Of a stretch of DNA of 64,000 bases, positions 35,621 through 44,736 are shown in pieces. Where the stretch lies: IMG/VR virus record IMGVR_UViG_3300009788_000006, positions 18,022 through 82,021 of that record; one strand, written 5' to 3'. Position numbers and translations under genes: made by a program. The notes below the pieces were generated by a model that saw only the letters and a list, made by a program, of their open reading frames with translations, made no database searches and was not told the DNA's origin. This DNA is from a virus. Position 1 is the first letter of the stretch, and each line of letters opens with the position of its first letter.

Positions 35621-36636
35621 GCGACACGAGTATCCAGTGGGTTCACCTTCCTGGCCACGTCCCCGTCAGCTGGAATCCAATCCGCGGATGCTCTCGCGTC
35701 AGCCCCGGGTGCGGCGGTGGCACCCCCGGAGGCGGGGGCGGCTGCTACGCCGAGTCCATCGCCGGCCGGTTCTGTGGACCTGGCCAGCCCTTCGAGGGGT
35801 TCGCCACGCGGACCAAGGCTGGCGCTCGCTGGACGGGCAAGGTCGAGCTCTTGCCAGCCAAACTGGCCGAGCCGCTGTCCTGGCGCAAGCCCCGCTGCTG
35901 TTTCGTCAACTCGATGTCGGACCTGTTCCACGAGTCGCTGAGCTTCGAGGAAATCGCAGCCGTTATCGGGGTGATCGCCGCTTGCCCAGAGTCGAAGTTC
36001 CTTACGCTGACGAAACGCTCGGCGCGGATGCTGGAGTGGTTCGAGTGGATCGGGGAATCGGCATGGCCAGCAGGGCATCTTGCTGAGCGAGCCAGGTCGC
36101 TATCTCAAGAAGTTCGAAACAGGGTTCGCTTCATTGACGAAAGGGTGCCGGGATGCAGAGCTGGTGAAGTTGGATGGCCGCTCCCGAATCTCTGGCTCGG
36201 AGTCTCCACCGAGGATCAGCAGCGGTGGGACGAGCGCGTTCCAGACCTGCTGAGGTGCCCGGCGGCAGTGCGGTTCGTAAGTGCCGAGCCCCTGATTTCC
36301 AGTATCCGGCTATGGGGTTGGTGTGAAGGGTGCGGCGCGGCGGTCGATCCCGGTGATTTCGTTTCCGGGGGTCATGCCATCGCCGTTCCGCCAGATGGCG
36401 ACGCAGAACTATGCGGTCCGGTGAAGTTTCCGGATCAGGTTATTGTCGGCTCTGAATCTGGCCCCGGAGCCCGGCCGATGGACATCGAGTGGGTGCGCTC
36501 GATCCGCGACCAGTGCAAAGCGGCTGGCGTCGCTTTTTTCATGAAGCAGCTCAGCACGTCCAGCGGGAAGAAGATCACCGACCCGGAGAAGTGGCCGGAG
36601 GATCTGCGGATCAGGGAGTGGCCCGATGGGCATTGA
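35617..36636 (+). CDS. Phage Gp37/Gp68 (DUF5131) family protein
   Basis: WNPIRGCSRVSPGC...CYA, FVNSMSDLFHE, LTKR, NLWLGVS, RFVSAEPL, GSESG..ARPM, FFMKQ. Confidence 0.9.
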   Translation: MSDTSIQWVHLPGHVPVSWNPIRGCSRVSPGCGGGTPGGGGGCYAESIAGRFCGPGQPFEGFATRTKAGARWTGKVELLPAKLAEPLSWRKPRCCFVNSMSDLFHESLSFEEIAAVIGVIAACPESKFLTLTKRSARMLEWFEWIGESAWPAGHLAERARSLSQEVRNRVRFIDERVPGCRAGEVGWPLPNLWLGVSTEDQQRWDERVPDLLRCPAAVRFVSAEPLISSIRLWGWCEGCGAAVDPGDFVSGGHAIAVPPDGDAELCGPVKFPDQVIVGSESGPGARPMDIEWVRSIRDQCKAAGVAFFMKQLSTSSGKKITDPEKWPEDLRIREWPDGH

Positions 36637-37099
36637 CCCTGCCAGCCTCGGCCCGGCCTACAAAAAGGCTCTGGCGGCAAAGCGAGATTCTCAGCACCCG
36701 AAGCGCGGCAATAGCGGCCTGGAGTGGGAGTTCCTGTGCCACCTTCGCCAGCTCGGGGTGCCGGAAGCGTTGCGGGATCAGCGACTGCCGGAGCTCGGTA
36801 AGCACGAAGCTGACTTTCTGTGGACGGATACCCACTTCTACCCGACCGCGGATTACAAGGGTCCGGACATCCGTTCACTGGCGGTCTTCATCGACGGCGG
36901 AGCGCACGGGATCAAGGGCCGATACGACGCCACCCTGCGCTGTGTCAACCTCTGTCACCTGCTGTTGCCGCCCACCTATACCGTCCTGCGCTTTGGCCAC
37001 GGGCAGATCGAGATGGGCGCTCGGGTGGTCAAAGCGTGGTGGGACGGCGATGTCGACAAAATGGTCCATCTGATCAGACAGCGAAAGGCTAAGCCATGA
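36626..37099 (+). CDS. Putative Vsr/DUF559-like endonuclease
   Basis: EADFLW...LAVFIDGGAHG...YTVLRF. Confidence 0.65.
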   Translation: MGIDPASLGPAYKKALAAKRDSQHPKRGNSGLEWEFLCHLRQLGVPEALRDQRLPELGKHEADFLWTDTHFYPTADYKGPDIRSLAVFIDGGAHGIKGRYDATLRCVNLCHLLLPPTYTVLRFGHGQIEMGARVVKAWWDGDVDKMVHLIRQRKAKP

Positions 37100-37262
37100 A
37101 ACGGGGCCGGGCCGCAGCAAGCCACCAGGGACCGCTGTACGCCCTCAGAGGGGCGACCTACCCTACCGACTGGACTGGGAAGAAAGATCACCACAAGGCT
37201 GCCCTGGCGGCCGTCTGCTATGCGGCGGCGGTTTGGCGCGGCGAAACCGGCGGAGGTACGCC

Positions 37263-37589
37263 ATGATCAAGCTCAACCTGAATTCGGAATACGCTTCGGC
37301 CCGTCTTGCCCTGATGGCCTTGCGCGTCGAACTCGAACGCGTTGCCCTGCTGGAGTTCGACCCCGGCGCCGTTCCCGGGTCAGTGCTGGTCGACTTCAAC
37401 CGCCACTGGCCGGATGGTTGGTATTGGGACACAGAGGGGCTCTGGGATGAAGATGACAAGGGGAACACCAGCCTTGAGCGCGGCCGTCTCTACGACACCC
37501 AGGATTGGTTTCTCGTGGACGATGACGGGGCCGAGGAGGAGCTAAGCAGTTTTATTCAGCGGTTCATTGAAGGGCAGGGGACCGACTGA
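37263..37589 (+). CDS. Acidic hypothetical protein
   Basis: GGAGG RBS. Confidence 0.65.
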   Translation: MIKLNLNSEYASARLALMALRVELERVALLEFDPGAVPGSVLVDFNRHWPDGWYWDTEGLWDEDDKGNTSLERGRLYDTQDWFLVDDDGAEEELSSFIQRFIEGQGTD

Positions 37590-37600
37590 TCGATAGGTGC

Positions 37601-37828
37601 TCACAACCCGATGCCGAGGGGCGCGTCCTCGTCGCAGTCCTCGCAGACCTCTTCCAAGGTGACGAGGCCGCGGAACAGGCCGCCGCGGTCGGTCGTCTTG
37701 TAGCACTGCGGGCACCATCGGGCGGGGCGCCGCATCGACTGGGACAGCGGCACGAGGGCTGCGCGGTACAGCCAGATGAAGCCGAGTGCCATCATCAGGG
37801 TGCCGATCCAGATTCCGGCGGTGGTCAT
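37601..37828 (-). CDS. TM plus Zn-finger small protein
   Basis: N-terminal TM; CPQC...CEDC. Confidence 0.6.
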   Translation of the reverse strand: MTTAGIWIGTLMMALGFIWLYRAALVPLSQSMRRPARWCPQCYKTTDRGGLFRGLVTLEEVCEDCDEDAPLGIGL

Positions 37829-38508
37829 GATTCACCGCCGCGCAGAACCTTAGCGGCGCCAGGCCCGCCAGCGGCCAGCGTGCGAAGCTTGCCGCGCGCG
37901 GGCACGGAGTACACCCGCCAGCCATCAGGCCAGCGGTGCTTGCGCGCCTCGCCCCATTCCCTGGCCTCGTCTTGAGACAGAAAGACGCGGTGCGTGTCCC
38001 ACCATTCGACGATGCTCTCGGAATCGGTCTCGACGAGCTCGTGGTATCCCAGTGGGGTAGGATCGTCATTGGGCTCGTCCTCCCACACGTAATACTCTCC
38101 GTCGTAAACAACGCCAGGGGGGATGTATGCCAGAAACCACCGCCGGGTCTGCAACAACGCCAGCGGCTCATCGGTGGCGGTCCTTGCTCGCTCGTGATCG
38201 CGCTGGGATTCGTAGATCGCCGGGTGGTATTCGATCATCTTTTCCGGTCCGCAGTGGCTGGTGCGGCTCCAGGCGTCCTTGAGCGTGTAGATGCCGGCCG
38301 TGTCGAATCCAACATAGCCGCCACCGTTTGGGCCCCAGTACCATCCGTGTTCACTGCTCCAGATCCGCACCAGCTTCTCGCCGTGCTCGGCGAGGATCGA
38401 CGGGCGGGCTCTTCCCTCGTCGTCCTGGCAGGTGTCGCCCTTGATCGTCTGATGAAGGATTCTGGTGTCGTCAGGCCAGGCGAGAGAGGTGGCGGGGTCG
38501 GCGCTCAT
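37825..38508 (-). CDS. Trp-rich hypothetical protein
   Basis: IWSSEHGWYWGPNGGGY...AGIY. Confidence 0.7.
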   Translation of the reverse strand: MSADPATSLAWPDDTRILHQTIKGDTCQDDEGRARPSILAEHGEKLVRIWSSEHGWYWGPNGGGYVGFDTAGIYTLKDAWSRTSHCGPEKMIEYHPAIYESQRDHERARTATDEPLALLQTRRWFLAYIPPGVVYDGEYYVWEDEPNDDPTPLGYHELVETDSESIVEWWDTHRVFLSQDEAREWGEARKHRWPDGWRVYSVPARGKLRTLAAGGPGAAKVLRGGES

Positions 38509-38987
38509 GGCTTGGCCCCCGGCAGGTCGTCAACCGACAGCACCAACGCGCGACAGAATACCTGGACGCCCGCCATCAAATCGAAGTGGTGGCCGATGTC
38601 TCCGGGCGCGGTGATGAGCCAGGATTCCCGGGTCGGCTTCGCCCACCACCGGGCGGTGATCTTGACCGACCCGCCGAAGCGCGTTCGGACCCAATCTCTC
38701 ACAGCGAGCTTGGTCGTTTCATCGTTCTCACCCGCGAGGCGGCCGGCCAATTCGGAGATCTCCGGGACCACACCGCCTCTGCCGATCATGAATACGGGGC
38801 GGGCGCCGCTACCGATGTCGTGACTGTCGACTCCGTAGACTCTGACGCTGTCATCCGAGACGATGACGAACAAGCCGGCATCTTTCCACCTCTGCTGTTC
38901 TTCGGCCGATGGGCGGAGCGGGTACTGACGGCCGTCGAGCTCGGCGGCGGTGATGGCTGCGGTGTCGAGGGGTTCGGTGTCGCTCAT
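38505..38987 (-). CDS. Conserved phage protein, paralog of 44198-44674
   Basis: ELDGRQYP...SDDSV...SWLITA...FCRALV. Confidence 0.7.
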   Translation of the reverse strand: MSDTEPLDTAAITAAELDGRQYPLRPSAEEQQRWKDAGLFVIVSDDSVRVYGVDSHDIGSGARPVFMIGRGGVVPEISELAGRLAGENDETTKLAVRDWVRTRFGGSVKITARWWAKPTRESWLITAPGDIGHHFDLMAGVQVFCRALVLSVDDLPGAKP

Positions 38988-39295
38988 GACGCCACCATAA
39001 ACTGCTGGACGCACCACCCCATGGCGAGGATAAGAAGCGGATACCATATCGAGTGTAGCGTCGCCTTGATGATTGATTCCCACAGGTCGCTGCCCTCCGG
39101 CGTGTCGATGTATTGGTGAGTGAGATACGCGATCACGATGGCCACGCCGATAGCTGCTGGCAGAGCGAGCGCGGGCAGACCAAAGGTCGGGACCATGAAC
39201 CAGCCCCACAGCTTCGACAGAACCCAACCGTTGAAGATGGCCTGAAACGGCGTGATCAGGATAGCAAAAAGGCACCCGGATGCCGTCTTATTCAT
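38984..39295 (-). CDS. Membrane protein
   Basis: VLSKLWGWFMVPTFGLP plus three TMs. Confidence 0.7.
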   Translation of the reverse strand: MNKTASGCLFAILITPFQAIFNGWVLSKLWGWFMVPTFGLPALALPAAIGVAIVIAYLTHQYIDTPEGSDLWESIIKATLHSIWYPLLILAMGWCVQQFMVAS

Positions 39296-39591
39296 GTCGC
39301 CCTCCGGAGTATCTCTTCGAGAGTCGCAATCAGCTCCGCGCTGTCGTCCGCGCGCATATTGCCGGCGGTCTCAGGGTCAACGAGCGCGGCCAGCCACAAA
39401 GGGCTGTCGCCGAGGTTGATTGCGGCCACCAAGGAAATGCCGAGTGCCTGAAGCTCTCCCTCTTCGTAGTTGTCAAAGCGGTTTTGGCGGAACCCTCGCC
39501 GCCCTTGGAGCTCTTCAGCCACCGCAACCGCTGCGCGCTCCGAGGCAGACTTGGCCCCGGCCGGGAACATCTCGTCGTGAATCCAACTCAT
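39292..39591 (-). CDS. Hypothetical protein
   Basis: GGAGG RBS. Confidence 0.65.
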   Translation of the reverse strand: MSWIHDEMFPAGAKSASERAAVAVAEELQGRRGFRQNRFDNYEEGELQALGISLVAAINLGDSPLWLAALVDPETAGNMRADDSAELIATLEEILRRAT

Positions 39592-39741
39592 GTCGTCCTC
39601 CGTTTTTGTCGTTCCGTTCTGTCGCTCACCACTACCAGAGGCCCCGGCTCGGTGACTCGGCGTGGGTCCTGGCGGGATTCTGGGGTCTGCGGGGGTCTTG
39701 GCAAGGCCGAGGCCCCTGATGGTGGTGAGCGGGTTGGTGAT

Positions 39742-40026
39742 TTACGCGCCGGCGAAGAATTCCTCGCGGGCCTTCTCCGTCATGAACTCTGGCCGAGCGA
39801 AGTGCTTTGGCTCGTTCTCATCAAGCCACGCCAGCGTCTCCGCTTTGGCGGTGAGCATCGCGCCCACCTTGAACTTTTCGTCATAGTCGCCGATGTCTTT
39901 GCCGAAGATCGCGACGAGCTCGGGGCAATTGCCGCCATTGATCATCGTTTCAATTACCTTCTCGGCCTCTTTGGGCCAGAGCCCCTTACTGGCCAGTTGC
40001 TCGGCAATCCAATCCCTGGTCTTCAT
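39742..40026 (-). CDS. Hypothetical protein
   Basis: WLDENEPKHFARPEF; AAGGA RBS. Confidence 0.65.
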   Translation of the reverse strand: MKTRDWIAEQLASKGLWPKEAEKVIETMINGGNCPELVAIFGKDIGDYDEKFKVGAMLTAKAETLAWLDENEPKHFARPEFMTEKAREEFFAGA

Positions 40027-40232
40027 TTTGAATTTCCTTTCCCGGTTGAATTGTCGACCACCACCGCCCTCAGCCCTTCGAGACGCTGGCGGATGTCTAT
40101 GATCAGCCCCGTGTCGCCGGCCTCGATCGCGGCATCCAACACCGCGAATATCGGGGCGGCGGTTCTTCGGGCGGCGGCTTGGGCCTGGAGCAGCAGCCAC
40201 GCAGCGTCGGATTCGGTCTGTCGGTCTTTCAT
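40023..40232 (-). CDS. Hypothetical protein
   Basis: Coupled ORF. Confidence 0.55.
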   Translation of the reverse strand: MKDRQTESDAAWLLLQAQAAARRTAAPIFAVLDAAIEAGDTGLIIDIRQRLEGLRAVVVDNSTGKGNSK

Positions 40233-40384
40233 AACTGCGCCTCGTCTTCGTCGTCGAGATCGGTCAGGAGGTCCCACGGCTCTAAATGGTACCCGCACTC
40301 TGGCGGGGGATCGGTGTCGAGGATTTTGTCCGCGAGCATCGCGGCGTAGTCGAGGGCGTCTTGTTCTGTGGCGGTGAGGATCAT
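40229..40384 (-). CDS. Small acidic protein
   Basis: CCAAGGGAGACA RBS downstream of a consensus promoter. Confidence 0.6.
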   Translation of the reverse strand: MILTATEQDALDYAAMLADKILDTDPPPECGYHLEPWDLLTDLDDEDEAQL

Positions 40385-40421
40385 GGCTTGTCTCCCTTGG
40401 TCGTTCACTTGATCTGAAGAC

Positions 40422-40450
40422 AGTATAGGCAACGGCTTGCCGCATGTCAA
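40422..40450 (-). promoter_or_regulatory. sigma70-type promoter
   Basis: TTGACA-17-TATACT. Confidence 0.8.
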
Positions 40451-40528
40451 GGCAATTCCTTGCCCTATGTCGTTGGTCTTTTCGGGCAACGGGTTGCCTT
40501 ATGGGGCGAGGTGCGGTATTGTCGACGG

Positions 40529-40861
40529 ATGAAGAACGCACGCAGCACGCTTACCGCCCCGATCTCCTTTCGAGCTCTCCCGGTAGAGGATCGCGATTAC
40601 GATTACGCCCGTCGAGCGCTTGACGCAGCTCTCCCGGTTCGGCAGTGGGTCGTATCCTTGGCCTGGTGGCCCATCGGCAAAGTCCTGTCGTTCACAGATC
40701 CCTGGGTCGGCAGGATCTACAGGGTCAAGCGGGTCAACTCAGCGCGGTACGAGATAGTGCCGTGGTCTGAGCGCCTTGGCCGCCAACGCAAGAACGAAAA
40801 CCCGCGCGCGGTGAACTCCATCCCGGGTTACTGGGAAACCGAATCCGGATACGACGGATGA
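40529..40861 (+). CDS. Hypothetical protein
   Basis: TATTGT 6 nt upstream of ATG. Confidence 0.55.
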   Translation: MKNARSTLTAPISFRALPVEDRDYDYARRALDAALPVRQWVVSLAWWPIGKVLSFTDPWVGRIYRVKRVNSARYEIVPWSERLGRQRKNENPRAVNSIPGYWETESGYDG

Positions 40862-41130
40862 AGAGCATCCGAGACATCCTCCGGCCGGCCGCCTTGGCCG
40901 AACTCAACCGCGACGGTCGCCGGCATCGTCTCGCCCGCATCTGGCGCGAGTACCACGGCCTCACCAACGAGGAGGCCGCAGCGATCTGCGGCGTGGAGCC
41001 CTACAGCTTCAGCCGCTTTGGGACCCACCGACAGCGACCGGAAGCGGGGCGGCTGGTGGCCAAGGGGATCGGGCTCGACAGCAGCACCCGGCCGTGGAAG
41101 GCGGCGGTCGCTGGCACCATCCTAGCGTAG
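40858..41130 (+). CDS. XRE-like HTH protein
   Basis: WREYHGLTNEEAAAICGVEPYSFSRF. Confidence 0.7.
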   Translation: MKSIRDILRPAALAELNRDGRRHRLARIWREYHGLTNEEAAAICGVEPYSFSRFGTHRQRPEAGRLVAKGIGLDSSTRPWKAAVAGTILA

Positions 41131-41186
41131 CTCAGACGGCAGAGCGCTCGGAGAGGTCGCGGGTTCGAGCCCCGCCGGACCTACCA
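41121..41186 (+). ncRNA. tRNA-like element lacking the anticodon arm (pseudo-tRNA or mimic)
   Basis: TA-GCTC-AGACGGCA-GAGC D arm, CTC-GGA-GAG mini-hairpin, GCGGG-TTCGAGC-CCCGC T arm, ACCA; acceptor stem mostly unpaired. Confidence 0.7.
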
Positions 41187-41585
41187 GCAAGCGGGAGGGG
41201 CGCACCTCGGGCTCTTCCCCCGGTTAGGGGTTGCCTGAGACCACGCAGAGGGTGAGAGCCTTCGACTATTCCCGTTGACCAGGGTGCGGGCCGTGTCGCT
41301 CGCTAACTGAGCACAGAGCCTGGATTTCCGCCGAACCTCTCGGCCGGTCAGGTGAAACCGGCATCCCCGCGACGCAAGACGCAAGCGCGTCCCCGTCTCC
41401 TCTGCGTGACTTTGTCCGGCCACCGCGCGCCGACATCTTTGGGAGTATCTTTTCCCCGCCTGCCCAGTTGGTGACCCGGTGGGCTGGTTTCGCGTAACCC
41501 GGGATACCGGCTGTCCGGTGCGGCTGCACCCCTGCTCGGCCACCGAAGAGGCGGAGCGCTTGTGAGAAGCTCGAGGGGTGGGCGG
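41187..41585 (+). ncRNA. Candidate structured RNA
   Basis: 10-bp helix 41242-41251/41399-41408; G-U-rich closing helix from ~41187 to ~41463; no credible protein. Confidence 0.45.
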
Positions 41586-41730
41586 CTGGATCTTCGCCGC
41601 CTGCTGTAATCATGGGATCAGTCTATACGACTCCGCCCCGGCTTTGCAACCGGAGCGGCGACGATGATTACAGAGGCAGCCCGGAATCCAAGCGGGCGGA
41701 TTTCATCCTACCGCGCCGAGGTAGTGCGGG

Positions 41731-42396
41731 TCAAGCGTGACCGGCGAAGCTAAGAATCTTCCGCATCTCCGCCGCCGATTCCGGCCGGTTGCCCTGCTGA
41801 CAGGAGACAGAATAAGCGTCGAGAACCCGCTTCTTCCCGTAGTCTATGTAGAGCGTTTCTGGATCGAACGCCATCGGCTGACTTTCTGGGGTCGCATCGC
41901 GGAATCCCAGGACGCGGCGCTCCTCTCTCTGGGCCGTGAGTTGAATCTCGTCGAAAGTCTCACGCGGCAACATTTCCCGAGCCTTCTCACAAAAACACCG
42001 AAAATACAAAGACCTCCGCTCACTTCGCTTCTTTTGGATCGCCTCATTCACCAGGGCGATAGAGGCTCCGATCTCTAAGGCTTTCTCGGGGTAGTCGACT
42101 TGCAGGCCGATCAACTTCCGGCGGATTGTCGTCAGCTTTCCAAGGTCGGCGCCGGTCATTTCTTCCTTGACGGACGGAAGCCACGTCGGGGCCTTTTTCG
42201 CCGCCATGAGCCGCCGGAGCTCCTTAGTTTGGTGGGCAGTCACCATCGCGGCGTGCTTCACTCTCGACCAGTGCGGGAAATCAGCCGTGCCCTCGCCGTC
42301 ATTCCCGGCACACCGCTCCTTCTTTCTAGCCTTGCAGGATGGACACTCGAAGCCAAGAGTTTGAATCTTGACGGCATAACGACTATGTTCGGCCAC
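41731..42396 (-). CDS. Hypothetical protein with N-terminal Zn-finger
   Basis: CPSCKA...C...FPHWSR; AAGGAG RBS. Confidence 0.65.
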   Translation of the reverse strand: MAEHSRYAVKIQTLGFECPSCKARKKERCAGNDGEGTADFPHWSRVKHAAMVTAHQTKELRRLMAAKKAPTWLPSVKEEMTGADLGKLTTIRRKLIGLQVDYPEKALEIGASIALVNEAIQKKRSERRSLYFRCFCEKAREMLPRETFDEIQLTAQREERRVLGFRDATPESQPMAFDPETLYIDYGKKRVLDAYSVSCQQGNRPESAAEMRKILSFAGHA

Positions 42397-42494
42397 GTTT
42401 TCTCCTTACGGGCGCCGGCGAAGTTCTTTCCTCGACGGCGTCAGCGTAATTCTATACGACTTGCGGCCGGTCTTGCAACCGGCCGCGAGTCAAG

Positions 42495-42571
42495 TGGTGG
42501 CCCCGGCGGGATTCGAACCCGCAATAACCGGATTTTGAGGCCGGCGCCTTTTCCGTTTAGACCACGGAGCC
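42495..42571 (-). tRNA. tRNA with CAA anticodon (Leu), short variable loop
   Basis: GGCTCCG/CGGGGCC acceptor, CCGGC-CTCAAAA-TCCGG, TTATT variable loop, ACCA. Confidence 0.85.
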
Positions 42572-42573
42572 AT

Positions 42574-42661
42574 TGGTGCCAGGGGTAGGATTCGAACCTA
42601 CGATGGGATCTTTCGAGACCGGATTTACAGTCCGGCGCTTTCACCGCTCGGCCACCCTGGC
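42574..42661 (-). tRNA. tRNA-Tyr(GTA)
   Basis: GCCAGGG/CCCTGGC, CCGGA-CTGTAAA-TCCGG, long variable arm, ACCA. Confidence 0.95.
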
Positions 42662-42667
42662 TGAAGT

Positions 42668-42742
42668 TGGTAGACCCCTTCGGATTCGAACCGAAAATCT
42701 TCAGATCCTAAATCTGACCGTTGCCATTTAGCCTAGAGGTCC
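42668..42742 (-). tRNA. tRNA with TAG anticodon (Leu), short variable loop, weak D stem
   Basis: GGACCTC/GGGGTCT (G1-U72), TCAGA-TTTAGGA-TCTGA, TTCGG-TTCGAAT-CCGAA, ACCA. Confidence 0.8.
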
Positions 42743-42879
42743 TGAAACGCGAAACGGCCCCCGGAGTCATCCAGGGGCCGCAAGCTCTCTCGCTGATCTG
42801 CCGCGCTTACACGGCGACGCCCCTGGCGAATGCCAGCGGATACAAGCCGGTGAGGAGTAAGCGTTGCATGCCCGAGACC

Positions 42880-43332
42880 CTATCTGAGGTTGCTGGCGGT
42901 GTCAAACACGGCCCCGCCGGTGTCACCCTTGTCTTCCCAGGTGGTAGGCTGATCTGGCGCGGTTGCGCCGGCTCTCTCCTTGCGCGCCTTCTCGGCCCGG
43001 TAGAGGAAGATCCCGGCGTCCACCCGCTTCTCGAGGGAACGGGGAAGGTCCTCGCCTGTCTCAGAGTCCCTGTAGAGCATCGGGGTTGTAAAGCCGGGGT
43101 CGTTGCCAATTTCTTTGCTTCTGCTGTACAGGTAGATCCTGCCGTCGATGTTCGCCCGAGGGAACCCGGTCTGGGAATCGATAGAGATGGTAGCGGGGTC
43201 CGCGGTCTTGGCCAGCTTTTCGTCGAGGCGGTTGCCTAGCCATCGGTTCACAAGCTCGGTTACGCTGCAATCCTCGGCAGCAGCCTCCGTCTTCAGCCGG
43301 GCGTGTAGGTCGTCGTCAATCCGTGGCCGCAT
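42880..43332 (-). CDS. Arc/RHH-domain protein
   Basis: RIDDDLHARLKTEAAAEDCSVTELVNRWL. Confidence 0.7.
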   Translation of the reverse strand: MRPRIDDDLHARLKTEAAAEDCSVTELVNRWLGNRLDEKLAKTADPATISIDSQTGFPRANIDGRIYLYSRSKEIGNDPGFTTPMLYRDSETGEDLPRSLEKRVDAGIFLYRAEKARKERAGATAPDQPTTWEDKGDTGGAVFDTASNLR

Positions 43333-43358
43333 GGTGTCTCCTTGGTTATTATGGACCA

Positions 43359-43387
43359 ATGGTACACCGGAACCACGGCAATGTCAA
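43359..43387 (-). promoter_or_regulatory. sigma70-type promoter
   Basis: TTGACA-17-TACCAT. Confidence 0.75.
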
Positions 43388-43725
43388 GCCCTCGCCGCGA
43401 CCTCTCCCGCCGCCGGCAGCCACACGGACAGCGACCGGCCGCAAAAGCACCGCGCGCTGTAGACCCGGCGTCCGTCATCGACCCGGAACATGGGGACCCC
43501 GTTCAGGCACTCGACCTCGATTGCGGCGCCGCAGCACTCCGACTTGCCGAAAAGATCCGTCTCGAGATAGGCCACGGGAGCGTGACGCGCGATGGCAGCC
43601 CATGTCGTCTCCCTGTCCGGGATCGGTATCCGCGCGGGTGCTCCCCGTCGCTTGCGGCTGGCCTTCTTCATTTTGGAGCTGCTCCCCTCTATCGCCGCTG
43701 CTTCACTGTTCGATCCTATAGCCAT
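43384..43725 (-). CDS. Cys-motif hypothetical protein
   Basis: SECCGA...ARCFCGR; start uncertain. Confidence 0.5.
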   Translation of the reverse strand: MAIGSNSEAAAIEGSSSKMKKASRKRRGAPARIPIPDRETTWAAIARHAPVAYLETDLFGKSECCGAAIEVECLNGVPMFRVDDGRRVYSARCFCGRSLSVWLPAAGEVAARA

Positions 43726-44116
43726 CCCGCCCCAGGGCTTCTTGCAGAAAGCAGAAGCCGACATTGCTGCCTAGCCACTGAATCATCGTGGCGACTAACC
43801 GGCGTTCTCGTCGAGTCAGCGGCAATTCGAATCCCGGCATGTTCTTCATCAGCATGTCGGGTAAAGACCGCGGGCGATGTTCGTGATAGCCCTGGTCGTT
43901 CTCTGCCCGCCACTGTTCGGCGAAGGCGCGCTCGAGAAGCGCGTGCTCGCTCCAGGTTCGACGTTCGAAGTATCCAACGTGTTCATCTGACGCCTGACAG
44001 TCGTGCGCCCAGGGCATTCCGTCAACGCGCTTGGCAACATCTTTGCCGCACCGAGGGCAGCTAATGCGCTTTAGTGGGCCGCCTTGGCGGGCGGTTGCTG
44101 TAGAATCTGTGCTCAT
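43703..44116 (-). CDS. Hypothetical protein
   Basis: ATMIQWLGSNVGFCFL motif; AAGGAGG RBS. Confidence 0.7.
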   Translation of the reverse strand: MSTDSTATARQGGPLKRISCPRCGKDVAKRVDGMPWAHDCQASDEHVGYFERRTWSEHALLERAFAEQWRAENDQGYHEHRPRSLPDMLMKNMPGFELPLTRRERRLVATMIQWLGSNVGFCFLQEALGRDGYRIEQ

Positions 44117-44138
44117 CGTTCGATCCTCCTTGATCGTT

Positions 44139-44183
44139 CGGTGGTGGGTCGCTGGCTCTTCACCGGCCAGCGGCCCGATTATA
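44139..44183 (-). repeat. Promoter plus 5'-leader hairpin repeat, copy 1
   Basis: TATAATCGGGCCGCTGGCC...GCCAGCGACCC-ACCACCGA; second copy at 45791-45840. Confidence 0.75.
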
Positions 44184-44197
44184 GCACGCGGTAGTAG

Positions 44198-44674
44198 CTA
44201 GGTGCCGGCCGGAAAGTTAGCGACGGTGAGCACCAGCCCGCGGCAGAAGATCTCACCGTCCTCCATGATGTTGAACGCTGCCCCGCCGACGCCTTCTGCC
44301 GTGATCAGCCAGGACTCGCCGGACGGTGGGCACCACGTCGACTCGATCTTGACGGCGTTGCGTCGAGCAGCAAGCCAAGGTTCTACCGCCGCCACCACCT
44401 GGTCGTCGCTTGCCCAGTCGTCGAGCTCGCCGCTTACCTCGCTCCAAGGCCGACAAGGTCCGGCACGTCCCAGCAAGAAAGATCCCGGGCCGCCCACCTC
44501 TTCGCGGTCGACTCCATAGATCTCGACGAGATCATCGGAGGCTCCGCAGATCACGAAGAGGTCGGCGCCTTTCCACGCCTCCTGGTCTTGTCGGGACGGA
44601 TTGAAAGGGTACGCCGCTCCGTCGAGGGCGGCGGCCACGGTTGCGGCAGTGATAAGATTCTCAGTGTCGGGCAT
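44198..44674 (-). CDS. Conserved phage protein (GASDDL motif)
   Basis: VICGASDDLVEIYG...FNIMEDGEIFCRGLV. Confidence 0.75.
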   Translation of the reverse strand: MPDTENLITAATVAAALDGAAYPFNPSRQDQEAWKGADLFVICGASDDLVEIYGVDREEVGGPGSFLLGRAGPCRPWSEVSGELDDWASDDQVVAAVEPWLAARRNAVKIESTWCPPSGESWLITAEGVGGAAFNIMEDGEIFCRGLVLTVANFPAGT

Positions 44675-44736
44675 CGGTGTCTCCTCGTAGACGTTGATGT
44701 GGCGGGTTGCGGTCTCAGCCGCTGCCCGTCTTCCGA

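Noticed and set aside
41121-41186. tmRNA or Y RNA
   Set aside because: No G3-U70 Ala acceptor or tag ORF; the arm order is D then T, not the permuted YrlA arrangement.
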